This document shows, one piece after another, positions 1-10,615 of a stretch of 64,000 nt of DNA. Source of the DNA: Lytechinus pictus (lineage: Eukaryota). A program made the position numbers and the translations under genes. The notes under the pieces were generated by a model, which saw only the letters and a list, made by a program, of their open reading frames with translations, did no database searches and was not told the origin of the DNA. The DNA is taken from contig NC_087245.1 of assembly GCF_037042905.1 (NCBI RefSeq), positions 14,138,001-14,202,000 on the forward strand, in the 5' to 3' direction. The first letter of the stretch is position 1. Every line of letters begins with the position of its first letter.

Positions 1-540
1 GGCTGCTATTACTCAAGCATTTATTTTGCTTATATAGTTTGCCACTGCATTTGTTTTTCACTACTTTGTCTTATCCTTAAATTGTATTCATGTCTAAATT
101 TTGTTATGACACTACTATAAATTTGTCACATTACAATGTACTTTCATGTCATACTATGATTATGTTTATGTATTGTAAATTTATTTTTGACTTTACAATA
201 AATGCAGAAACTCCTGCAAAAAAAATCAAGCATTCTTGAACATTGAACCGCCAAAGCACTATATAATTTTCTAAGTACCCCTGCCAAACATCTGGCTTAT
301 GTTTTTAAATGCTGTTGGAGCGCAATAAAGTTTGGCATCACCGGGTGCTTGGCTTTAAGGAGTGCTATTGATGAAAATCAACCTTAACTGTGGAAAGCCA
401 GTTGTGCCCTTATTTGTCTTTTTGGTACAGGAAAAATGAAAGCAATTGTATGTAAATCTTGATAATATTATCTTTGATATGCAATATAATACTTCATATG
501 AATCAGGTTCATCTTTTTCTCTCTCTCTCTTTTCCAACAG

Positions 541-642
541 ACTTCTGATCTTGGCATAACAGAACACATAGAGGGTGACCATTGTAAGTTTGCTCTATGG
601 ACGGGTAGAACGCCATCTTCAGACAATAGAATAGTACTCAAG
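541..642 (+). CDS. TRIO: Trio/kalirin-family RhoGEF exon, C-terminal part of PH1 domain (TSDLGITEHIEGDHCKFALWTGRTPSSDNRIVLK)
   Basis: Pyrimidine tract plus caacag acceptor ending at 540, gtaagt donor at 643; 102 nt, phase 0/0. The translation closely matches the Trio/kalirin PH1 motif as I recall it (TSELGVTEHVEGDPCKFALWVGRTPTSDNKIVLK). Confidence 0.95.
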
Positions 643-828
643 GTAAGTCCAATTTATTATTTAAAGAACTGGGGAGCATTTCATAAAAGGACTTGTCAGA
701 CGTTTTATCCGTTAACATTATAACATTAAGAGACCAGTGCATATCTGCCAATCCAAAGAAAGGATATCACTGACGATTTGTCATTGCTAACAAGTTTGCT
801 TGCAGATGTAGTATATTTTTTTAATATA

Positions 829-2613
829 CAGTGCGTCCCCAAAAAAAAATATACACTTTTGAAATTGCTGCCAAATAAGAAATATATCACTTTGGGGGAA
901 GAGACTTATATATATGGAAAGCCAATACAGTCAACTTTCAAATGACACCAAAAACTTGGAAAACTATTTATGCTTGAGCGAGCACTGCCCACTGAAACAA
1001 AGGGTATGAAAATTAGGGTGGGCTGGAATTAGCCTCCCAATTTCTTTCAGGCTTTTTTATTTGGTACTTGCAAAGTTGAGGGTTATTTGGTGAATTAATG
1101 ATCAGTTGTGATCAGTTTGTTGTTTGTGAAAATTACATGCATTATCAAATTGAAATTTAATGCATGAGTGATCATGAATTGCAATTTTTAGTGCAGCATT
1201 TTGACTTTATCATGTTGATCTCAGCAATGTGTTCATGAGAGTCAGAAGAGTCAGATGAGGGGATAATATGACTTAGGTAGGTGAAGTACGTTGATGGGAT
1301 AAAGGTCAACAGAACATTTAGCAACCCCTCCCTCCATCTCTACCCCCCCTCCACTTCTCTCCTGAGAGACTAAGCTCGACTAGGCTGGGCAGGTATTAGC
1401 CTTACAGTTTTTTTTTTAGTGGTTAGTCCTTTGGAACTTGCAAAGCTAAGGGTGTTAAGCTAAATTAATGAATGAGATAACTTTGGTTTCTTAGGCAAAT
1501 TTTATGAGTTACTAAATTAAAATTTAATGCATGAGTGAACAGGAATTGTAATTTTAGTGTAGCATATTCATCTTGTTGACCTCAAAAGTGTGTTCGTGAG
1601 AGTCAGAGTAATGTGATGGTACCTGTTACAAGCAAAAGGGCGAGATATGCTAAGACTTGGTTAAAAGGGCATTCCTCTTCTTTTTGTCCTTTTACAAATT
1701 TAAAGTCATACGTACCGTCCACCTCCATTTCCCAGTCCCCCTCTCTCTGTGTCTCACTTCCTGGATTGTAGCCTATTCAAAGCTTAACTGCCAAGTGACC
1801 AGTGGCTGATGGTCAGTTTTTTTCATTGAATGATTACCAAGAAATTTACTGATTATGATGATTAATGAAATAATTTATTGAAAAAAAAACCTGAATGTTT
1901 GATTGATCACAATACACATAGAATGAGTTGGTTTACTAATAATTTTTTGATTTAATGATTGATAGGAAAAAGTTGATGCCCCAATTCAGAATTTATCATT
2001 AAATCAACATTCTGCTCTGGACTTCACTCGTACATGACAATAGCCATCAATCTCTCAACAGGAGGGGAGGGCAGTAAAGAGGAAGGGGTCAGGAGCTGAA
2101 TGTTCTGTTGACCCTTATTCCATCAACCTACTTCTCCCACTTAAGTCCTATCTCACCCATGAACACATTGCTGTGATCCACATGATTAAGTTGAAATGCT
2201 GCCCCAAAAGAGATCCAAATGATAAAATTAAAATGCTGCCGAAAAAGTGTAAAATTTGTGTTCACTCATGCATTAAAGTTCAATTTAATAATTTATGAAA
2301 TTTGCTTAAACAACCAAAACTGGTCACGGTTGATCATTAATTTATCACAACGCCCTTAACTTTGCAAGTTGCAAAGGATTTGCCTCTCAAAAACTGACAT
2401 AAATTGGAAAGCTAATTCCAGCCCACCCTAATTTTCATACCCTTTGTTTCAGTGGGCAGTGCTCGCTCAAGCATGAATAGTTTTCTAACTTTTTGGTGTC
2501 ATTTGAGAGTTGACTTAATTGACTTCCATATATGTAAGTGTTTTTCCCCAAAGTGCTATATTTTTCATTTGGCAGCCATTTCAAAAGTGTATAGTTTTTT
2601 TTGGGACGCACTG
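829..2613. mobile_element. Non-autonomous Tc1/mariner-type DNA transposon with very long (~500 bp) imperfect TIRs
   Basis: TA|CAGTGCGTCCC...GGGACGCACTG|TA ends. The inverted match can be followed from ~829-1330 to ~2090-2613. No transposase ORF. Confidence 0.9.
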
Positions 2614-2721
2614 TATATTCATGCATGTAGAGTAGTTTTAATTTCATTTTATTACAACTTTACCAAATGAATAGGCAAATCTGCTGTAACTGTGTGCATT
2701 TGTTTTTGTTTGTTATTTTAG

Positions 2722-2803
2722 GCTCAGAATATGGACAACAAGCAGGAATGGATCAGGAAACTGAGAGAAGTCATACAGGATAGGCAGATCCACCTTAGAG
2801 CAG
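2722..2803 (+). CDS. TRIO: Trio/kalirin exon, PH1 C-terminal helix (AQNMDNKQEWIRKLREVIQDRQIHLRA)
   Basis: ttatttttag-type acceptor ending 2721, gtatgg donor at 2804; 82 nt, phase 0 to 1. Matches the Trio ..NKQDWIKHIREVIQER.IHL motif. Confidence 0.95.
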
Positions 2804-3306
2804 GTATGGTATCTGAAGGGCTCGGAAACCTTTGTTATTTGTACAAAATGAAATACAGCCAGTAGTTAAGGTCATCCAGCCTTCATCATGATATTTAGGC
2901 AACTCCTTTTCTAGTTAGGATTCATCTGCATTTGTCAGGAATCACATTTTGGCATCTATGACAACAGCACGCCTGCATTCTCCTCCGGTTTTTTTAATGC
3001 TGAAATAAGAGGATTGTAAGGAAAAAACAAATGGCTTCCTGTAGAAAGACGCTTCAATTTTTTTTTTTTTTTTGGGGGGGGGTAAATTCTTATGCAATTC
3101 TTTCTTAATAAAAGATTGTTCCACTTTGAACTATCTTGATAAAAGTTTATTTCATTCTATACTAACGTGACTACCATGATTTAGAATCATTCATTGTCTG
3201 CCTCATTGATGTTCCTATCCATGTTTTCCTGTGATTGAGGAGGATAAAAGAATTAGATCCCTAAAATGTTACATATGCATGTATCTGTCTTTTCTTTTTT
3301 TTCCAG

Positions 3307-3394
3307 CTCTTATTGATACAGTAAAGTTCTCAAAATCGTCCTTCACCCAAAGTGCCCCATCCACCTCTGGTAGTCTCAGTCAGAAATCCAGCAG
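3307..3394 (+). CDS. TRIO: Trio/kalirin exon, Ser-rich linker (ALIDTVKFSKSSFTQSAPSTSGSLSQKSS)
   Basis: Strong acceptor (long T tract + ttccag, ending 3306), gtaaga donor at 3395; 88 nt, phase 1 to 2. The frame is open and phase-compatible with both neighbours. Confidence 0.85.
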
Positions 3395-3879
3395 GTAAGA
3401 TGTCAAACCTTTCATTATCCTTTTTCTTTCCATGGTTATCGCTGATAGCACAAATGAAAAGCAGGTTTTTATCATCCTTGGGTATAAAGCTCATACAGCA
3501 TATTCAAGATTCAAGATATTTTGTTGTCTTATACCTCGTTCACTTTATTTGAAAATTTATATTTTAGCCATCTTCTATTTTAAGGATTGTATGAATTTCA
3601 AGAAAAAAAAGCAATGGAATATTCAATGCTTGGACCAGAATGCAATGTCTTTTATTGAGTTCATAGTAAATATGCGCATGCAACTGTCAATAATTCATTT
3701 TCTGGTGGTCATTTTGAGCCTTTTGGTCCCATTATCAATCTTTTGACAATTAGAAAAGATAAGAGTTGTAATCTTATAAAGAAGTGATAGACTAATTGAA
3801 GGCAACTTTGTGCACTTATTGAAGAGAGATAACAAACCTGTTTAAAGAAGAGCTTTTTAGTTTCAGGATGGTGATTTAA

Positions 3880-4671
3880 CCCTATCTTAACTGGGCTATT
3901 TCGGAGTAGTATATACGGGGGGGGGGTCAATTTGACTCCCCCCCCCCCTCAGATCTCGGCCGCTGATTGCGCAATCGCCGTGAAAATTTGCAAGCATGTA
4001 GAGCCGGATTTAAACTACAAGAGTGTATAGTAAAATTTTCAAATTTTTAAAAAAATATTTTTTATTATTTGATTATGCAAATAAGCATATGAAATTTGCC
4101 ATAAATTTGTTTTTTTTGTGTATGTATTTGCCTTTAACTCAAGTTCTATAGCTAGTTGAATGCTAATTTTTGGTGGGAGTATCAATTATTACATTTCTAA
4201 CAAATACGTATCTACAAAAAAATAGCAAAAATATAATTAATTTCTTATGTATTTTATTGTTTTTTAAATTCTTATGTATTTCTTTTTTTTTAAACCTTTG
4301 TTTTTTATTGTTTTTCCCGATGAATTTTGTCGAGGACCCTTTTCCGATCATAAATAGCATAAAATAAATCCATTTAAACCAACAAACCTAAAAATAATCA
4401 TACATTTATGATTTTTGGTCGAAAAACACAATTTGCATTGACTTTTTACACTGAATCACGTATTTGAGCAATTTCTGGTCTGACATGCACTTACAAAAGG
4501 TTGCGTAATTTTGGAACCTCGTACCTGGGCGTCGTAAATTTGGTCTAAAAAAATGCCCAAGACCTGAAAGTAAAAAGTCAGTGAGCGGCGCAGTCAAAAA
4601 AATTTGTGCGACAGCGTAGTGACAAAATTTGTTGAGGGGGGGTCAAATTGACCCCCCCAGTTTAATAAGGG
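3880..4671. mobile_element. Non-autonomous piggyBac-type element
   Basis: TTAA at 3876-3879 and 4672-4675 flanking CCCTATCTTAACTGGG...CCCAGTTTAATAAGGG. Subterminal G-run/GGTCAAwTTGAC/C-run palindromes at both ends. Confidence 0.85.
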
Positions 4672-4894
4672 TTAAGGAAGAGGGGACATTCAAAAAATAT
4701 TTGTAAAGGAAGTAAGCAGATGAGAAGAGTAGGTTGAGGATGAAGGATGCACTGAATCATACAAAATGGAAGAAGGGGGGGGGTGGATATGTGCTGTGGG
4801 AGAGAGGATAATCTAGCCCTATGTGTATTGTGACTAAATAGATTTTACAATTTTGATCTATTAGTGACGTTCATATTCTGTTTTTCTTTCATAG

Positions 4895-5009
4895 GAGTTA
4901 TAATTCGGAAGAAAGTCTGAATGATGAATCTTTGCTGGAACGATATGACAGGAACTCCATAACCTCAGTATCAACAAACAACACCAATTATACAGATAAC
5001 AGTGATAAG
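4895..5009 (+). CDS. TRIO: Trio/kalirin exon, linker ending ...NSDK (RSYNSEESLNDESLLERYDRNSITSVSTNNTNYTDNSDK)
   Basis: tttttctttcatag acceptor, gtaagc donor at 5010; 115 nt, phase 2 to 0. Ends in SDK, like the vertebrate Trio/kalirin segment before the SH3 domain. Confidence 0.9.
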
Positions 5010-5079
5010 GTAAGCTGATGATGATTGGATGCTATAGTTTGACTGGCTTTGGGTGATTTCAAGTTCAGTGTTTAAAGTC

Positions 5080-5570
5080 GGTGTTCATGTCCAGGTACAA
5101 CTAGAACCAGGCACATGAATCTTGTTTGGTGTTTGGACATTGCTAGTACCATCCACAACATCAATTCTAAAATGAAGTTAGTGCTGGTGTTTAGAATTGC
5201 TAGCATCAGCCACAACACCAAACAAAAAAGAAGAAAAAACAAAAGCATTAAATTAAGATTTGCGTTGGTGTTGAGACACTGCTAGCACCAGCTGCTACAC
5301 CAAACCTTAAATGAAGATGGTGTTTGTGTTCGACATTGCTAGCACCAATATGCTACACCAAACCGTAAATGAAGATGGTGTTTGCGTTTGGACATTGCTA
5401 GTACTACATGTATCTCCAACAGCAAACCTAAATTGAAGCTGGTATTGGTGATGGAGTTGGGACATTGCTAGCACCATCTCCAACACCAAACCTAAATTGA
5501 AGCTGGTATTGGTGTTGGTGTTGGGACATTGCTAGCACCAGCCAATTCACCACACCTAAAATGAAACTGA
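5080..5570. repeat. Degenerate minisatellite, ~55-80 bp unit, about 7 copies
   Basis: Recurrent AAATGAAG..TGGTGTT..GGACATTGCTAGCACCA..ACACCAAAC, with TGCTAG cores near 5141, 5199, 5280, 5337, 5396, 5466 and 5530. Confidence 0.85.
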
Positions 5571-8025
5571 TGCTGAGGATTTGTGTTAATGAGTGTTGAG
5601 TTAACCAATTGAGTTAAAAATTTCCTCTTGTCAGTTTGAAGATAAATCTTGATCAAGGAAGAATGCCGTAGCATGAAGAAGATTATGATGTATGAGTATT
5701 TGGTAACTGATTATTAAGAATGTCATCTGAAGATTGATTGGCCTGCTTAATACTACTGAGAAAAAATAATAATGAAATAAGAAAAAGAATAAATAATGGT
5801 CATTTAAATTGTTTTAATTGGATTGATGTCCAGAACAGATGTATGATTCTCTAACTGATTGGAATGATGATGAATGTATATGTGATGATTAGCTGGTAGA
5901 TTAAACATGATGTATCCAGCACAAAACCATAGCATGAGGTTGATAGCATGATAATGCTAACTATTTCAGGGAAACTAGGTTGAACAGCTATAATAAATCA
6001 GAAGCTTAATGAGGTTAATTAAGGTTATTAATCTTTTATTTTTATATTCATTGATGAATGTGGGTGCTGAGTGGAAGGCTGCATTGTACCTAAAGTTGTC
6101 ATCAAATTTAAGTGATGTCATTAGCACTGGTGGGGGCACTTAGGGGGGTGGTTTGCTTGTAAAATTTTTCCTCGGAAAAATGTGCCCCCCGTTTTGGAAA
6201 ATCTAATTCATAACAAAGAGAAAGATGGAAAAGATAATTAGCAAATGAAAAATAGTTAAATAAATACTGCTGACACTGCAAGTCTCCGAGTGTATATATC
6301 ATGCTTGGTATTGAAAAAAAATATATAAAAGACATGCACGCATTACCATGCGAGTTTCCATCCTTTCCATGAAGTTACACACGCAAATGTGCTTTATTCA
6401 AGTGAATATCATTTTATAAAATATACATGTGATCAGTTATCCCTTTATTAGCTTCTTCATTATGAAGATTATAGCATTCTTAAGTTTGGAATTGAATTGT
6501 TTGACTACTCTTTTTTGCATCAACATAATGTCTGAATGTAGAGACTAGAAGTTTTCTACACAAGTACACACTTGACTGTTTTTTAACCTTGTCTACAACA
6601 CTTCTAAGAACCCTTAATGAACTACAAAACACTGCATGTGAATGCAATTGGTTCTTACTTCAACTACAGACAAGACAATCTACATGCTAGACTCTTGTTA
6701 TTTAGTTTGATATTATGAGCTCTTTGTATTGGTGATGCCATGGGGATGTGGGATGTTGGGCACCCACCCTTATGATTTTTAAAGTAATGGGAAAAAAAAC
6801 CATGACAAACATGTAGGAATTTGAATTGCATTGATATCTTTTGTTTAGTGCTGAAAAGAAGATTTCTTGAATTGGCATTGTGATAGAAAGTTGAAAGTGT
6901 CTGTTTTCTTTGCCAATGTCTTACTCCTAAATATATTTTAGTTAATTGATATTTATATCAGGAACATGAACTTCCCCCAAAAAATAAAAAGAATATAGTG
7001 CTGAAAAACTGTATTGGTTTTGCCAATTTGAAGATGTAAGTGATCAAATAGAGATTTGAATAATTCCCTGTATGAATGAATGTCTCTATTCAGAGGATTC
7101 AGATGTAGGCCTACAGATATTTATTTAGCATCTTATTTCTTTTGAGGAAAAAATAGTTATTCTTATGTCACTGTTTTCACATCTTCATTAGATCTCATGT
7201 CATTCTTCTGGTTGTCTTGAATCATTTGTAAATTAGACTGATTTCATCCATATCAGTACTGTATGAACTTTCTAAGATATAAACAACTAGTTTACTAATT
7301 AAAGAATTAATTGACTTACTAAATAGGAAATCGAACCCCTTTTATGACTATCATCATTTGGGTTTTATAATAAAGGACTGATAATTCATTTCTATATATT
7401 ATTTTGAGGCACGTAATCCAATGAGTTCACAATTCTAAAATCAGACACAAATATTTAATGTTTTTTTGTGATTTCAGACATTATTTTCCTTCTCATTCGT
7501 ATCCAGAGAAAAGATATCTAAGGTGAATTGTTAACTCTGCAGTCATAATTTGCCCTGATCATGATGTTTTGTTCATATACCACACAAACATGCAAATTGT
7601 TTTTTTTTTCTTCCTTTTTTTTGTAATTGGGCTTACATATAATTCAATGATTGACATGCTAATTAAAATCATAAGCCAGCACCATGTTATATTGCATGTC
7701 AAGAGTCAAAGGTCAATGTTTGTCATTTGCTAATGCTAAAATTCCAAGTGTGATATTTTGGGAAGATGATTTGATTATGCCAGTCTTCACAATTTATCAA
7801 CTCAAAAATCTTAGTGCATTGTAAGAATGTGATTTAATTAAAAATGTCTTCAAAATTCTGCCATCTGTAAACTTCCAAGTGCATTTTCAGCATATATGTA
7901 CATATATATATATCTATATATAGTCTAAAGTAGCAATTCTCCAAATTCTGCATACTAAAGAATTTTAAGCAATTATATTCAGAATGAAGTATATATTCCT
8001 AGAATTTGGTCCAATCTTCCCCAAT

Positions 8026-8719
8026 GGGCCGTATGCATAAAAAGTAGCAATTGCTTGTGCTAGCCTTTTACTTGAATCCGTATGCATAAACATAAGCAAT
8101 TGCTTGCAAGCAAATGCTTTTGCTAGCAAGCACAAGCAATTGCTTGATGTCCGCAAGCAATTGCTTAAAGATCAAGCAATTGATTAAAAACGTATGCATA
8201 AAACGAACCTTTTGCTTGTCTTGATAAGCAATTGCTTGCGTTTTTTCAAGCACCTCCAGACCAGCTTGAGCTCTTGCTTACTCATGGCATTCTCGTTTAA
8301 GGATTAAATTTTCATACTGTTTCAAGCTCCATATTCCAGAGGTTATGTTGTGATTTCATATCTAATCAAATTCCTGTTATTTTAGACTTTTTACGGCAAT
8401 TTTTGTCCATCGATCTACACAGAAACCCCCCTGATGCTCTGCGCTGTTTTCCCCCTATTTTCGTAATAAAAAATACTTCTGCCAGGTCGGGAACGAAGCG
8501 TCGTTGTCCTACTGTGCGATGTTCGCACAACCGTATAGATCCTTTGTCCAACATATAAGCAATTGCTTAGGCAGTGCAAGCAAAAGGTTTCAGCACAAGC
8601 AAAAGCTTGTGCATACGAATTTTAGCAATTGCTTGAACTTGCCCTTTTGCTTGACCAGCTCTTGCTTTTGCTTAAAGCATTTGCTTATAAGCAATTGCTT
8701 GTCTTTATGCATACGGCCC
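8026..8719. mobile_element. MITE with GGGCCGTATGCATAA TIRs and internal AAGCAATTGCTT palindromic subrepeats
   Basis: 15-bp perfect TIR flanked by AT on both sides (possible 2-bp TSD, PIF/Harbinger-ISL2EU-like by inference). Many AGCAATTGCT copies in both arms. Confidence 0.85.
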
Positions 8720-10344
8720 ATTGTCTCTTCAAACTAACACTCATTCCTTCTTTTTTTTACACGTATACATTAGTGTGCTATTTATAATGTTAGGTTTACT
8801 TTGTATGCTTTATGATTTACTTTTGTTGTAATTGTATGTGATTTTTATGTGTAAGTTTTTAATGTCATCACTCATAGGCCTATTTAGGCTGGCCGTCTGC
8901 TGACCGGTGTGATTTTTTAAATAAAGAATAAACTAAACTACTACTACTCATTCTGCGCACGTCCATCATGTAACGTGACACTATGGCGAAACATGCCTGT
9001 GGTAACCGGAAACCCCCAAGCTGACTTGACCTCCATGACCGCCGCATATATATCACTCTTCTTTCTTTTCGTCTTCGTAGAATGGTGACAGGATATTAAC
9101 ATATTCTGTATACATACTTGCTTATTAGCTTTCACTGTGTGTAAATGACTGCTGCTGTGATTCTTGTATTATTTTATTTCAAATCTATTGATGTTATTTG
9201 TCTTTTCTGTTTCTGTCATTGACTGATCCAACTGAGAGAAGTATACAGTCCTTCAAAAGCCTTTATCTAAATGGTCCCCATACATTTCATTAAGTATAAT
9301 GTTATCCTCTTTTCTTTGTAGACCAAGAAAACTTTTGTTTCTTCTTTGTTATTTAATGCTTTGAATTTCATTTTATTTAGTAATTTCAGGAAATGACTCG
9401 ATCATCATCATACAAGATTTATTTATGAAATTGTTGCAATTAACAAGCCTCTGTTGTAATATTTAGCTTACAAAAAAAAAACATTGATAGAGCTGTCAAT
9501 TTTTTGGTGTTTGGTGGCAACTTTGACAATTTATTGCTGTTTCTTTTAATTTCTGTAATTCAAAATAATTTCTTTGAGACCTTATACAACTCTCATAATG
9601 AAATTAGAACATTTAATGTTTAATATCCCTCTCCAATAGGAATTTAACATGACATACAAGTGTTATAGTGACTGGTCTATGTGAGAGGATGCTTGATTTC
9701 TTAAAGCCACCTACACTTTGACATTTTCATTCATAAGGATGCTATTTTCTCAAATGCAGTGTATTTCAATACGTCATGCACAAGAGATGAATCTATTGGA
9801 TGCAATGAACATGGTATATGTTTGTGATAAACCACTCTTCTTGATATAGATCTGAAGCCTTCTTGGAGATCACAATTATTTGATAAACTTGCAAATGTTC
9901 AAAATGCTATTGAGTGCAAAAAAAAGAATAAAATCAACCACAAAATTAAAATGAGATAATATTAGAGCTTATTCATACACATGTATGTGTTGCAGTTTAA
10001 CCAAATTTGATATGATTTTGTTTTTTGTTTTTACCTTTTTCAAAGTTTAATGGAATGATTAAAGTTTTTTACTTCTTATTGTGAATGATATCTTATACTA
10101 AATTAGAGCTAAAGATAATCATAGAATTTATAATATTTCTGAGTTTTTTCGTCAGTTCATTTTGTTTTTTAATGAGCAAGATTCATAAGGGTGGAAAAAA
10201 GAGGCATTTTCTTTTCAGGTACTATCCAAAGTATAATGCTTCATGCAGAATATACATATACATTAATTTCCTTAGTATGTCATTTCCAGCGTACATGATA
10301 ACAGTCTAGACACTTATAAACAGACCAAATCCCTCTATTTAGAC

Positions 10345-10615
10345 TTCTAAGGAGGAATTTGTTAATTTTGTTCGCGCTGGTGTTGGTTTTCTCGTTGTAA
10401 CCCGAACCTGATCCTGCTTTGAGCAGACTAGTCTTGTCAGCGTGACGAAGTCTCGCGTAAATTTCGGCCGGTCGCAACCACCTGACGAGTCCAAATTACA
10501 CAAACCTCGACACCCCACCGACTTGTCCGATCTAGCGCTTCGTAACCTTATCTCACCGTTTTTCTGCTAACAAACCCTAGGGGAGTTTTACTAGTCTTTT
10601 TTCATACCTCTATGA
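10345..10615. mobile_element. CpG-rich probable transposon fragment ending ...ACTAGTCTTTTTTCATACCTCTATG
   Basis: Abrupt GC/CpG-rich island in AT-rich intron with a CTCTATG-type terminus. No matching opposite end found. Confidence 0.35.

Noticed and set aside
5080..5570. CRISPR-like repeat/spacer appearance
   Set aside because: Eukaryotic intron, degenerate repeats, 'spacers' homologous to each other, and no cas genes. It is a minisatellite.
10440..10495. Second hammerhead suggested by CTGACGAGTCC at ~10482
   Set aside because: No correctly placed GAAA closing stem II, and no convincing stems I/III.
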